Assembly (NCBI GenBank): GCA_001774395.1
Contig: MEZX01000002.1
Span: 559,062-623,061 of the forward strand
Direction: 5' to 3'
Source: Candidatus Berkelbacteria bacterium RIFCSPLOWO2_01_FULL_50_28
GTDB lineage: Bacteria > Patescibacteriota > UBA1384 > 2-12-FULL-50-11
Length of the DNA stretch: 64,000 nucleotides
Shown here: positions 13,970 to 23,910 of the stretch, in pieces
Position numbering within the stretch: position 1 is the stretch's first letter
Layout of the letters: each line of letters begins with the position of its first letter
Program-made: the position numbers and the translations under genes
Notes under the pieces: model-generated
The model's input: only the letters and a program-made list of their open reading frames with translations
What the model was told of the DNA's origin: nothing
Databases searched by the model: none

Positions 13970-16765
13970 TTATGATTTAGCGCCAAATACTATCTGTAGG
14001 ATATCTCGTAACAAACCCGGAGGATTGGCTGCTAAGTCGGCATCGTAGTCTATAGAGTAGCTGTGGGTTAAGGGCACTCGGCTTGGTAGATCGATCGAGC
14101 TTCTTGCTACGAAGATCCCCTTGACATCACCCTCGTAAGCATCGCCAAAGGTTATTGAACCACCCAGGGCAACGTAGGCCCCGCATTCAACCGTCTCGGT
14201 ATGGTTTGCTGGTGTCTCGAACGTAATCGTGCCCGAGGCAATTATTGCCAACTTTGCCTTCGTGCAACCGATATCCCCTCGAACTGTTACGTTTCCATCG
14301 ACAACTATCGAACCGATACCATCAAACTGAACTGAGTTGTTGAGCGTCAGATTACCTGCGACTTTCCAAACTTTTCCCTCAGGGGGAGTTGAGTAGGTTG
14401 ATCGCTGCAGGTTCAAAGGATCGTTGGTGGCAGAATTGAGATGCCAAACAGCTCCCGTGTAATTTCCTCCAACAGCCGTGCCGGCGGCAAAACCTTTATC
14501 AAAAGATGCTTGAAGAATTGATCGAACCGACGACCAATTGATTTCGCTACTAGAGTAGTTAGGCAGTTTTGCTGGATTGCCTCGAATGTTAATACTTCCG
14601 CCAACCACCACGGCGCTATCGCTAATTTCGAAATCAGCTATTTCCCCTGGAGCAAGGACATTTCCTCCGACCCTAATATCTGCCACCGAGATTTTTTCCC
14701 GCATCGGCGGACCTAATGAGATCGGTAATGGCGCTCCATTTTCTAATATCTCTGGTACCTCCACGATCACGTCAGTATTGAAACATATATACTCTTGCAG
14801 ACCCCCGGCACATTCGCCGCTCCCTAGATACACATTTTCGTGGGCTCCTGACTGCTCGAGGTAGGAGCCAATATTAGCGATGTCGCTCCCGGAAGCCGAT
14901 GGAACAAGCGTCAGCCGATAGTTATATTCCTCCTCTCTACTGTCAAATCCAGTGATCGTGACCTCATAATATTTGCCCCGATTATCCCCGTCACCTTGAT
15001 CTTTAAGGATAATATTGGCAACGTAGTCATTCGGGCCACTCTGGTGAACCTCGACAGGATTGTTGGAGTCAGATAGATCAAAACGCCATTTTTCGTCCTC
15101 AAACAAAAGCTGGTCGGGTTTAAAGATCAGCCTCGGCGGGAGTTTTATGGTGATTTTTGGCACAAAAACATTGGGACTGCATTCGCCGAAACACATCACT
15201 CGAGCGGCACGAGGGAGCTCTCCGTATGTGTCAGGACTTCCGCGCGGCATAAACCATAACCCCAGACCAGCATAAACCGAGTTGCCGGCTTTTTGTAAAG
15301 TTTCAACAGGCGAGATTCCGGTTCTTGATTTCTTAACACATCGGGAGTTACTGCATGATGGACGAGTTATCTTATATATACCTGGCTTGTTATTCTTTAC
15401 CCCGACAAAAAACAATGTTTCAACGCCACTGATTGTGTTAACCACTATGCTATTTGAGTAGCCCCCACCGACGCTGGTGATTTTCGTCCACGTCCAACTA
15501 CTCGGAGCTGATGTTGGGTTTTCCACCCTAAACAGTCCATCGCCCGTGACGTTGAGAAACAGTTTCCCCTGCCATAAGACGGAACCACTAACATATGACT
15601 GGCTACTAGACGCCTGAGGGACTGTTAGGGTATTCCAGTTTGTACCATTAGAGGAGTACATAAGCTTGGTGGCTGTGTTAGTCACACTGGAATTGTAGAC
15701 ACTAGCAAAGAGGATATCGTTATTCACAAACATATAGAAAACCCCTTCATTATTTCGGTTCCCCGAGCCTCCAGTCACCACTTTTTTCCAGGCAGTACTT
15801 GTAGGAGTCCAGCTGTTAGGGTTATTCGCGGCGCCGTGATGTTGCCATATTTGAAACCCTAAACTTTGAGCGGTTGGGGTTACTTTTCGAGCAAAGTTGC
15901 CATGACTAAACGTTGCTGCATAAATATCCCCCTTGAAGAGTGCTGTGGAAAAAAATCTCTGTGCGAGGCGCCAGTTTGTCACGTTAATATTTTGCCAGTA
16001 ATTATAATCACGAGCTATCTCGGTTGGAGCGTAACAACCGCCAGGAAATTGTGGCCAGCGCGTTTGCAGGCAACTTGGAGAACTTGGTTGAACCCAGTTG
16101 GCTTGAGCGTTAACTGCTGCACCGTCTGCCTGATAACTTGGAACAGTTGAAGTAGTCATTTCGGGTGGTGGGGAAGCTGGTGGATACCCAGTATAGTCAA
16201 AGGCTGTTGATGAGGACCCACTACTACATCTGGTTCCCCCAAATTCGACCGGCCTGCCTTGGACAGGGTCAGGATTTCCCCAAGTGTTGAAACAGGCTCT
16301 GCCGTTATAGATGTACGAGTTAAGAACCGAGAGCTGTGTCGGTCCTGGCAAACCGGCTGGACGCATTCCAAGCGAGCTGACAGGTTTCCAGTTATCTCCT
16401 AAGCCCTCAGTGTAGCTAAACTTTCCCTGGAAGCGGAAAAACTGACTCGGCAGAACATCGCCCGTGTCAGCGTTGCGACGCAACTCAAGTGGCACGTCGG
16501 AAGTCTGCTGATCACAAGGCTCAGTCGGGTGATAGCTGTCATAACAAGGCGACTGTGAGCTGTCGGTTAAACTGTTAATTAGACGAACAGCTGGTGTAGC
16601 GCGGTCAACTTGCGCGGCAGATAAATTTACCAGTGTCGGATTATGATACCCCACTCCAATAGGTGAAATTTTGTCTCGGCGAATGATAGCACCACTAACT
16701 ACCCCCGCAATAAGCGCGAGAGTAAGAAACGTTATGCCAATCAATTCCGGATTCCGTTTCAGCAT
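13970..16765 (-). CDS. Large N-anchored surface protein (931 aa) with a beta-rich C-terminal domain (PilX-like CPR type)
   Basis: N-terminal TM helix; S/T/N/G/W-rich middle; C-terminus GSIVVDGNVTV...LAIIASGTI...KGIFVA...IDYDADL shared with the neighbouring gene. Confidence 0.8.
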   Translation of the reverse strand: MLKRNPELIGITFLTLALIAGVVSGAIIRRDKISPIGVGYHNPTLVNLSAAQVDRATPAVRLINSLTDSSQSPCYDSYHPTEPCDQQTSDVPLELRRNADTGDVLPSQFFRFQGKFSYTEGLGDNWKPVSSLGMRPAGLPGPTQLSVLNSYIYNGRACFNTWGNPDPVQGRPVEFGGTRCSSGSSSTAFDYTGYPPASPPPEMTTSTVPSYQADGAAVNAQANWVQPSSPSCLQTRWPQFPGGCYAPTEIARDYNYWQNINVTNWRLAQRFFSTALFKGDIYAATFSHGNFARKVTPTAQSLGFQIWQHHGAANNPNSWTPTSTAWKKVVTGGSGNRNNEGVFYMFVNNDILFASVYNSSVTNTATKLMYSSNGTNWNTLTVPQASSSQSYVSGSVLWQGKLFLNVTGDGLFRVENPTSAPSSWTWTKITSVGGGYSNSIVVNTISGVETLFFVGVKNNKPGIYKITRPSCSNSRCVKKSRTGISPVETLQKAGNSVYAGLGLWFMPRGSPDTYGELPRAARVMCFGECSPNVFVPKITIKLPPRLIFKPDQLLFEDEKWRFDLSDSNNPVEVHQSGPNDYVANIILKDQGDGDNRGKYYEVTITGFDSREEEYNYRLTLVPSASGSDIANIGSYLEQSGAHENVYLGSGECAGGLQEYICFNTDVIVEVPEILENGAPLPISLGPPMREKISVADIRVGGNVLAPGEIADFEISDSAVVVGGSINIRGNPAKLPNYSSSEINWSSVRSILQASFDKGFAAGTAVGGNYTGAVWHLNSATNDPLNLQRSTYSTPPEGKVWKVAGNLTLNNSVQFDGIGSIVVDGNVTVRGDIGCTKAKLAIIASGTITFETPANHTETVECGAYVALGGSITFGDAYEGDVKGIFVARSSIDLPSRVPLTHSYSIDYDADLAANPPGLLRDILQIVFGAKS

Positions 16766-18034
16766 TTAGGATTTAATATAGCTTATCATTTGCAGGAGTT
16801 CCCGGAAAAGAATGGTTGGGTCGTTAGCAAACTGGGCGTCGTAATCGATTATATAAGGACCCGTTAGCTCTTCTGGATTTGGAAGTTTTATTGAATCGCC
16901 AGCGACAAATATACCCCTTAGCGTCCCACTTTTTGCCGGTTGAAGATTAAAGTTAATGTTCTTCTCGCCACCAATCGCCACGAATGCGCCGCAGTTAACA
17001 ACATCAGTATTAATACTGACCGAACCGTTCACCAGAAAAGCCAACCTCGTTACATTACCAATCTGATTAGAGCACAGAATTTCTCCGTTAAGACTCAAAT
17101 CCCCGTTCACAACAATCGTCCCTGAGCCGGTGAAGCTAATATCGCCAAGGACGAGGCCGGATGCGGAGTACCAGAGCTTGCCTTCAGGTGGTGCTGAGAA
17201 AGAGTTGGCCGTACCCGACGGCGACCGACTGCTGGAATTGAGGTTCCAGTAGCCTTGAATTTTGCGGGTCTGTAAATGAGTCCCGCCGATACCCCTTTTA
17301 TATAGGTCCTTAATATCTTGGTTAACGCTGTTCCAGTTTAGTTTCGAGCTACCCAGCAAGTACTGCTCCAGTTCTACTCCTTCACCCTGAACATTGATAC
17401 TGCCACCCAGTGCAATAGCGTTATCGTCAATAATAAAATTATCGAGGCTATCTGCAGCAGCAACGTTCCCTTGAACAAATATCCCCTTAAGAGCAATTGT
17501 TTCAAACATCGTCACGGGAGACGGGCTGTTTCGTGGGGCACGTATGGTGCTTATAGTCTTCAAACAAAGGTGTGAACTGGCGCCATTCACAACGCATCCG
17601 GCCGCGGTTAGTGCCGAGGTAGCAGAGGAGTGATTTTTCAGGTAGCTAGCGAGCTGTTCGATGTTTGATTTGCTGGTAGATTCATTAAAGGTTAAACGCC
17701 AATCGGCTAGAGGTGGTTTGTCCTTTCTAAACCCTGTGATTGATAAGGAGATATACGCCCCATCAGTTCCTCGATCAACGATCCGGGTTCTTACACCGTA
17801 TTGCTCTGAGCCACTAATCTTCACGAACTCTTCGTTCTGAGAATTGTAACTGTAGTTATTGCCGGCAAAGCGCAAATTTCTGGGTACGTATATTAGTAAG
17901 GGCGGCAACTCCACTGTTAGACGCGGCATAAGCCAAATTAAATTGCCCGCTGGGGGCGGAGCGTAGGCGGTAGCAGTCGAGCTAAATGCCAGGCTCAACA
18001 GCAAAGTAAGAAGCAATCTTATAGGGTTAATCAT
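16766..18034 (-). CDS. Secreted protein (422 aa), paralogue of the C-terminal half of 13970-16765
   Basis: Signal peptide MINPIRLLLTLLLSLAFSSTATA; shared blocks PPEGKLW/PPEGKVW, GIFVA, IDYDA. Confidence 0.85.
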   Translation of the reverse strand: MINPIRLLLTLLLSLAFSSTATAYAPPPAGNLIWLMPRLTVELPPLLIYVPRNLRFAGNNYSYNSQNEEFVKISGSEQYGVRTRIVDRGTDGAYISLSITGFRKDKPPLADWRLTFNESTSKSNIEQLASYLKNHSSATSALTAAGCVVNGASSHLCLKTISTIRAPRNSPSPVTMFETIALKGIFVQGNVAAADSLDNFIIDDNAIALGGSINVQGEGVELEQYLLGSSKLNWNSVNQDIKDLYKRGIGGTHLQTRKIQGYWNLNSSSRSPSGTANSFSAPPEGKLWYSASGLVLGDISFTGSGTIVVNGDLSLNGEILCSNQIGNVTRLAFLVNGSVSINTDVVNCGAFVAIGGEKNINFNLQPAKSGTLRGIFVAGDSIKLPNPEELTGPYIIDYDAQFANDPTILFRELLQMISYIKS

Positions 18035-18363
18035 TAATCTCGATACTCTAATTTACCCTGAAATCTCGGTAACTTTACCGAACTATCAGCTGTTCGTTTT
18101 AAGCTAAGCGTTGAGCTATCATACTGCGGCAGCGTTTGATCGTTTGGATCGTTGGGCAGGGGATTCAACAGACTATCGTGATCGGTAATACTCCAGATAA
18201 GCACAGGGTTCCCACTACCCGATCCTGTAGTTGGTGACTTCAAATTCCTCCTTAAACCAACACCAACGCTTAGTACTATAATTGCGATAATTATACCGAT
18301 GCCGATAACCTCAGCTTTGCTTGTTGACCCTTCGGGGTTCCATTTGAAGAGTTTTCTCATCAT
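18034..18363 (-). CDS. N-anchored protein (109 aa), paralogue of the N-terminus of 13970-16765
   Basis: TM helix, then LSLKRTADSSVKLPRFQGKLEY vs LELRRNADTGDVLPSQFFRFQGKFSY; TAATG coupling to the next gene. Confidence 0.7.
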   Translation of the reverse strand: MMRKLFKWNPEGSTSKAEVIGIGIIIAIIVLSVGVGLRRNLKSPTTGSGSGNPVLIWSITDHDSLLNPLPNDPNDQTLPQYDSSTLSLKRTADSSVKLPRFQGKLEYRD

Positions 18364-18444
18364 TGAGGCTTCATCGTAGCAAAACAAGGTATACTCAACC
18401 ACTTGACAGGCAGGCAACCGGTGCAGATAGTGATAAGAGAGCAT

Positions 18445-19164
18445 ATGAAAAAAGTATTTATTTACGTTTCGAGCAGAGTATTAGCAGGCTTACTGTTGGG
18501 AATCGCTGGATTGGCTCTAACACTCTCGTCTCCCGCCAGTAATCCACAGGGTACAAACGCAGCCGATACCGATAGCTACAATACCAAATGGACAGCAACA
18601 AAGCTGATCACTGTTTGTTGTTGGGACTATCGCGGTGCTAGTCTTACCACAAACACCCACGAGATAGCCATCGGTGTTTCGGCTTGGCATGTTGAAGGTA
18701 AGCTCAACGACGAATTGGCATTCACCGAAGACTGGAAAGCCCCGGCAGTTGGCGCGAAAGTTACCCGTTATAATGCAACCAGCACTCACTCTCCTTGGCC
18801 ATCAAACAGCGGTTTCAACCCTACGAAATGGTTGCTCGCAACCTATCACACAATCGGAGTTGGGGCAGACGATAGGGCAAACGGTGCCGGAAGAAATGCT
18901 ACTGTTTTCGCCGAAAAAACACCTGGTGAGATTAACTACGCCATTCCCTCACAGAACAACTCCGGCTACCCAATTCTTTCCGGAAACGGTGCCCAAACAT
19001 GCACAAGAGACAATACCAGATCTTTTCGCTGCCGTATTTCCACCGGAAGCTACGGTTGGCTTGATAATATCGGTGACAAGGGTGCCAACCTTGGCCAACA
19101 AGAAATCATGGGTGGTGGACTTTTCATGCCTCTCGAGTGGACGGTAACCGGCACGCTGTACTAA
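18445..19164 (+). CDS. Secreted or anchored hypothetical protein (239 aa)
   Basis: MKKVFIY...GLLLGIAGLALTL signal/TM segment; T/N/G/W-rich body; TTGACA-17-GATAGT upstream. Confidence 0.75.
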   Translation: MKKVFIYVSSRVLAGLLLGIAGLALTLSSPASNPQGTNAADTDSYNTKWTATKLITVCCWDYRGASLTTNTHEIAIGVSAWHVEGKLNDELAFTEDWKAPAVGAKVTRYNATSTHSPWPSNSGFNPTKWLLATYHTIGVGADDRANGAGRNATVFAEKTPGEINYAIPSQNNSGYPILSGNGAQTCTRDNTRSFRCRISTGSYGWLDNIGDKGANLGQQEIMGGGLFMPLEWTVTGTLY

Positions 19165-19173
19165 GATAGGCTA

Positions 19174-19461
19174 ATGCAAAAAAGGCTGGAAAAGCTATCA
19201 TCAGCGATACTTTTGATCGGTGCATTGATTTTTATTAGTGGTCTGGCTACCAGAGTTGGGTCACAACCAATCCCGCAGAGAAGTCGAACCCTCTCTAGTC
19301 TTACAGCAAGGAATGAGGCAATTAGAAATGCTGCGAGCAAGGGCCAGAGGAGCTACGCTTTCAAGACCAACTTCATTCCCGGCATCGGCTTTCTAACCGA
19401 CCCCCAAGCGTATAAAGATAGCTGGACCAACAGCGTCGGTCTCAGAGCACGCTCGGACTAA
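19174..19461 (+). CDS. Small N-anchored hypothetical protein (95 aa)
   Basis: N-terminal hydrophobic helix; 9 nt after the previous stop. Confidence 0.55.
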   Translation: MQKRLEKLSSAILLIGALIFISGLATRVGSQPIPQRSRTLSSLTARNEAIRNAASKGQRSYAFKTNFIPGIGFLTDPQAYKDSWTNSVGLRARSD

Positions 19462-19466
19462 CTCGG

Positions 19467-21005
19467 TCACTTGTTCTCGAGTTTCACGCTAACGGCCGAA
19501 GGCAGAAAACTAACTATGCCAATCCCGTCGGGCAGTTCGAACAACTCTGCTGAAATATTAATGGAGTACGTTCCGGCTGATTTGAATGTGCTTAAATCCA
19601 GGTTTAGTTTAATAGAGGAATCTTTGAGCGCGTCCAGAATATTTACCCCTCCCGAAACTATCAAACCAATTGAAGAGGGAGTAACGGCGGTAACTTTTAG
19701 CGAAGGGCTGACCCCAACGTAGCTAATCTGCGGCGCCGTAGTCTTTGTAGAAAGCGTTTGAGCAATCGAAAGTGTCACCTTTACTGATTCGATATCGTCA
19801 TCTAACGTTACACCAGATGGCAGATCAAGTTTGACAGTCACGGTGCTATCGTCTTCAAGTCCGGCAACTGATATCGCTGCGGTCGGGATCTCACTGATAT
19901 CCGCTAAGAACACAGCCTTGCCCGAAATAGGGACGACTGCCGGCTCAACGGTAACCGAACGAACCCAAAAACCTGTCGCTGGAGCACCGATCAACGTTGG
20001 TTTAATGCCAACTGTTTTATGGCTGCCCGCCTTGATCAGATCGACTTTCAGCCGAAGTTGAGCGGGTTCGAATGTGAGGCTCGGAATAATTTCTGCACTT
20101 GGCGTTAAGGCGACGGGATCAACTAATGTATTGATAGGTGCGGTCTGACCATCCAACTCAAACGGTGCCACCGCTTGGGTGACGTCCTCAATAACAGATT
20201 TCGGTCCGGAAACCTCTAACTTGTTCGGTGTGATTTTCGGCGTCCCAGGCACAAGATCATTGCCAGCCCGGCCGGAGAATTTTGCTACCACTGTCACCGT
20301 CTTCCGAATCACCGGCTCCACCGCCACGATCACGCTGGCGGGCTTCAGGCGAATTATTTCGACCCCCGAAATTTTACTTGTAACTGTAATAGGCAGATCA
20401 AGCGTACCTTCAGCTCGGTTACCAACATCCACAACAGCCGAAAAGTCGTTTGGGCTAAGCGTTACCCATTGGTCACGCGAAGCTGAAACAATCACCTTAA
20501 CCCCGGTGAGGCTACCAAAGTTAGCCGACGTCCCTCGAGCTAAATTCACCGCCTGCACCGATACGGCCTGAGGTAGCTCGCCAACTTTTGAACTAACGCC
20601 ATTGGCAATAGCCACCGTCAGCAGGGAAAATACCAGGCTGACCAGAGCTAGTGTTGCCCCATTAAAATGCGGTGGCGAGAACGGAAGCGTTTGATTTTTC
20701 GGCCCGAACAAGGCAGCCCATCTTTGATGAAAAAACAGCGGCAGACCGACGATAAACATCGCTAGCATCAGTTGAGCAAACAAGTGCAAGCCAGGTAAGA
20801 AAAGCAGGGCCGACGCAATTAAGAGCAGTCCCAACCCAAGCACCGCTGAAAAGTACCGAAAACCGCGCTGACTGTTGAACGGCCGTAAGATCAGAAAAAC
20901 CAAAACCGTTAGCACCACCAGATCGAAGGCAAAGTAAAGCCAGCGGCTGGAGTTTGTCAGCCCGAACTGTAAATACCCTTCCCAAATTGATCTAAAGAAT
21001 TCTAT
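19467..21005 (-). CDS. CdaR/YbbR-repeat membrane protein with CdaA-like N-terminal TM helices; probable ATA start
   Basis: Repeated YbbR-like units (FSAVVDV..EGTLDLPITV; PNKLEVSGPKSVI; LDLS...AGTYSI); frame open upstream to ATA 21005, which lies 7 nt after TAAGGAGG. Confidence 0.8.
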   Translation of the reverse strand: MEFFRSIWEGYLQFGLTNSSRWLYFAFDLVVLTVLVFLILRPFNSQRGFRYFSAVLGLGLLLIASALLFLPGLHLFAQLMLAMFIVGLPLFFHQRWAALFGPKNQTLPFSPPHFNGATLALVSLVFSLLTVAIANGVSSKVGELPQAVSVQAVNLARGTSANFGSLTGVKVIVSASRDQWVTLSPNDFSAVVDVGNRAEGTLDLPITVTSKISGVEIIRLKPASVIVAVEPVIRKTVTVVAKFSGRAGNDLVPGTPKITPNKLEVSGPKSVIEDVTQAVAPFELDGQTAPINTLVDPVALTPSAEIIPSLTFEPAQLRLKVDLIKAGSHKTVGIKPTLIGAPATGFWVRSVTVEPAVVPISGKAVFLADISEIPTAAISVAGLEDDSTVTVKLDLPSGVTLDDDIESVKVTLSIAQTLSTKTTAPQISYVGVSPSLKVTAVTPSSIGLIVSGGVNILDALKDSSIKLNLDLSTFKSAGTYSINISAELFELPDGIGIVSFLPSAVSVKLENK

Positions 21006-21083
21006 TGGTCCGCCTCCTTAGATAATGTAGCGCTTTTTAGCACGCGAGCCAATTATTTGTAGCTAAAATACTGTCGAAACTTA

Positions 21084-21112
21084 TTGACTCTCATCCAGAT
21101 AACTGGTAAAGT
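21084..21112 (+). promoter_or_regulatory. Putative sigma70 promoter
   Basis: TTGACT-17 nt-TAAAGT with TG extension. Confidence 0.5.
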
Positions 21113-21155
21113 TCACCAGCAATCTCAAATTGCATTTTTGCACCAGGAAAAATAG

Positions 21156-22028
21156 ATGAATTACTCGACACTCTTCTGTAATGTGTTAATCACGCTCCTG
21201 TTTGTCGGCACCTGCTTCTTGGCCGAGTATATGACCTGCGTCAATGATCCGCTTGACGATGCCCGTGCAACCCCAGAAACGTCTGACGCGGATCGCAAAC
21301 CGTTGGTAGTAAGATGGTGGTATGCGCCAATCATAATCCTTGCGGCTTTTGGCGCTTCGTACGTTCCCTCGACCGGATGGATGAATGTTATTGCTGTTGT
21401 TGTCTCAGCTGCAAGCCTCGCATTCATGGCATGTAACAAGGCTGCGATACACGGCAAAATGCAGGGTCTTGTCACAGCCACCTTCACATCCCTTGTGTGT
21501 TGGATGTGGCTTGGTTACTCACGCGCACCGATGGGTTGGTTGGTGATTAACCTCACAACCATACTGGTCATGATTTTCGTTCTCTCCGAATATGCTCAGC
21601 ACTTTCGGTGGCCGATTATCCGAATAGCTTTGGTGTCCCTGACAATCTTCGACGTTATTTCGGTCTTCGTGACCGGACACATGATCGATATTGCCGCCGC
21701 AAGCATGAAGGCTGGCTTCCCTGGTCTCGTCTACTTTCCGGACTTCCACACCTGGAAACCAATTATGATACTAGGGGCGGGCGACATCGTTTTCCCTGGA
21801 ACACTCATGATCCTTGCCATCACGACTGGATACGAGACAAAGAGATGGCTGCCGATGTGGGGCACTTTGGCCGGCTTTATCGCTGGACAGATGATCTGCA
21901 CGCTGGTGCTCATACTTTTCCACTCGGCCCAACCGGCGATGCTCTATCTCGTCCCAGGAGTCCTGATTGGATACAGAGCAGCCGTGGCCTTGATCCCCCA
22001 CGAGCACCAAGCAGAGTTCCTGAGCTGA
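21156..22028 (+). CDS. Presenilin/signal peptide peptidase-like intramembrane aspartyl protease (A22)
   Basis: Multi-TM; IFDVISVF (YD-type Asp), LGAGDIVFPG (GxGD), QPAMLYLVP (PAL motif). Confidence 0.85.
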   Translation: MNYSTLFCNVLITLLFVGTCFLAEYMTCVNDPLDDARATPETSDADRKPLVVRWWYAPIIILAAFGASYVPSTGWMNVIAVVVSAASLAFMACNKAAIHGKMQGLVTATFTSLVCWMWLGYSRAPMGWLVINLTTILVMIFVLSEYAQHFRWPIIRIALVSLTIFDVISVFVTGHMIDIAAASMKAGFPGLVYFPDFHTWKPIMILGAGDIVFPGTLMILAITTGYETKRWLPMWGTLAGFIAGQMICTLVLILFHSAQPAMLYLVPGVLIGYRAAVALIPHEHQAEFLS

Positions 22029-22054
22029 ACTTCTCCCTGGTGCAAGACGTTTCT

Positions 22055-22081
22055 GCCTCCCCTAACCCGGGAGGCCTTTTT
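22055..22081 (+). terminator. Rho-independent terminator
   Basis: GCCTCCC/GGGAGGC stem plus T-run. Confidence 0.7.
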
Positions 22082-22191
22082 ATACAACAAATTGTCAAAC
22101 CAAAAATGATCTAACACTTGGTTATTCGATTCTTTCGCAACGCGAATTCAGAGCGAAGCGGTAGATTTGGTTATTTGGTTATTTTTTGACG

Positions 22192-23910
22192 CTACTTATC
22201 TACCTTGGTCTCGGAAAAATGCAGAACATCGCCAACCTCAGCCTGCGCCGAAAGTTCAAAGAGTGACAAGCCGCATTGAGAGCCTTTCTCCACCTCGTCA
22301 GTCTCAATCTTCCCAAGTTGGAGTCCCTCAACCTTGCCCGTCCCGACCTCTTCTTTCTGGCGAAGAATTTTGATGTCAGAGCCCTTCTTGACGATTCCTT
22401 CCGCAACTTCGCCACCAACGATCTGGGTATCTTTTTTGCCAGAGAACACCGCCAGAACCTTCAGCCGCCCAAGCTCAACGGTGGTGTAGGTGGGCGAGGC
22501 AATCTTTTTCAAAGTTTCGGTTAGGTACTCTAATATTTCGTAAATTACCCACGATTCTTTTATTTCCACCTCATCGCGGCGAGCCAACTCGCTCACTCTT
22601 TTGGGCGGGGTCGAACGAAATGCGATAATTGTCGCCCCCGATGCCTTAGCCAAATTCACATCGTTCTCGTTTGTCGCTCCGATCCCACTGGAAACAATTT
22701 CCACGGTCGCATCTTTGATCTGAAGTTTTTTAATTGAATCTTCCAAAGCAGCCAGCGATCCTCCGACATCGGCTTTCAGCACTATCGGTACGACATTTTC
22801 CGATTCGCCCGCTTGACGCCTTTGGCCAGCATTCAGACCGGCCGTCATAGACTTGGCGACTTTTTCGTTCGGCACTGCCTGCAAGGCTTCGCCAAAAACG
22901 GGAACATCCTTGAGTCCGGAAATCAAAACCGGTACCGCTGGTCCGGCAGCAGCAATCTTTTTTCCGCGATCGTCGTCCATCGTCCGAATCCGACCGTAGG
23001 TTTTACCAATTACGACCACCTGCCCCGGTCGAAGCGTGCCGTTGTAAACTAGTACGCGAGCAACTGCCCCAAGTTGTTTGTCAAGGTTCGCCTCAATAAC
23101 AATACCTTGCGGGGAAGTCTCCGGGTCGGCCCTTAACTCTTGTAAGTCGGTTGTCAGAACAATCAATTCCAGAAGCTGCGGTACGCCCTCGCCCGTTTTG
23201 GATGACACCGGTACGACAACAGTTTTACCTCCCCAGTCTTCAGGGGCAAGGTCGTGTTCAACCAGCTGTTTCTTTGCTCTGTCGAGATCAGCACCTGGTG
23301 TATCCGTTTTTGTTATGGCTACTAATATGGGAACGCCGGCTGCTCGGGCGAATTTCAAAGCCTCTAGTGTTTGCGGCTTGACTCCGTCGTCAGCAGCCAC
23401 CACTAAAACCACCAAATCCGTGATACTGGCCCCATGACTACGCAAGGCTGAAAATGCTTCGTGGCCAGGGGTATCGATGAACGTGACTTTACGTTTTTTC
23501 CCGTCGCTCATCTTATGTTCAATTTGATAAGCGCTGATGTGTTGAGTGATGCCTCCGGCTTCGCCTGCGGCAACGTTGGCCGAACGGATGTAATCGAGCA
23601 AGGAAGTTTTACCGTGATCGACATGACCCATAATCGTCACAATCGGTGGACGGATGTAGTCTCCAGAGGTAGAAGTGATCTTTTTTTGCGACGCAATCTC
23701 TTCTTCTGGTTTGGCCTGAAAGCCAAATTCCTCCGCCACGAGGGCCGCTGAATCAAAATCTACCGATTGGTTGATGCTGGCCATTACCCCGCCCGAAATT
23801 AGCTTACCGATGACCGCGGTTGGCTCGGCGCCCAACAAGACTGCGAGACTTCGCACCGAAATCTCTTCTGGAATGGCAATAAGTTTCTTATCGCTCACTT
23901 CGTCGCTCAT
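22192..23910 (-). CDS. infB: Translation initiation factor IF-2 (short form)
   Basis: [28 protein letters not shown]. Confidence 0.98.
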   Translation of the reverse strand: MSDEVSDKKLIAIPEEISVRSLAVLLGAEPTAVIGKLISGGVMASINQSVDFDSAALVAEEFGFQAKPEEEIASQKKITSTSGDYIRPPIVTIMGHVDHGKTSLLDYIRSANVAAGEAGGITQHISAYQIEHKMSDGKKRKVTFIDTPGHEAFSALRSHGASITDLVVLVVAADDGVKPQTLEALKFARAAGVPILVAITKTDTPGADLDRAKKQLVEHDLAPEDWGGKTVVVPVSSKTGEGVPQLLELIVLTTDLQELRADPETSPQGIVIEANLDKQLGAVARVLVYNGTLRPGQVVVIGKTYGRIRTMDDDRGKKIAAAGPAVPVLISGLKDVPVFGEALQAVPNEKVAKSMTAGLNAGQRRQAGESENVVPIVLKADVGGSLAALEDSIKKLQIKDATVEIVSSGIGATNENDVNLAKASGATIIAFRSTPPKRVSELARRDEVEIKESWVIYEILEYLTETLKKIASPTYTTVELGRLKVLAVFSGKKDTQIVGGEVAEGIVKKGSDIKILRQKEEVGTGKVEGLQLGKIETDEVEKGSQCGLSLFELSAQAEVGDVLHFSETKVDK

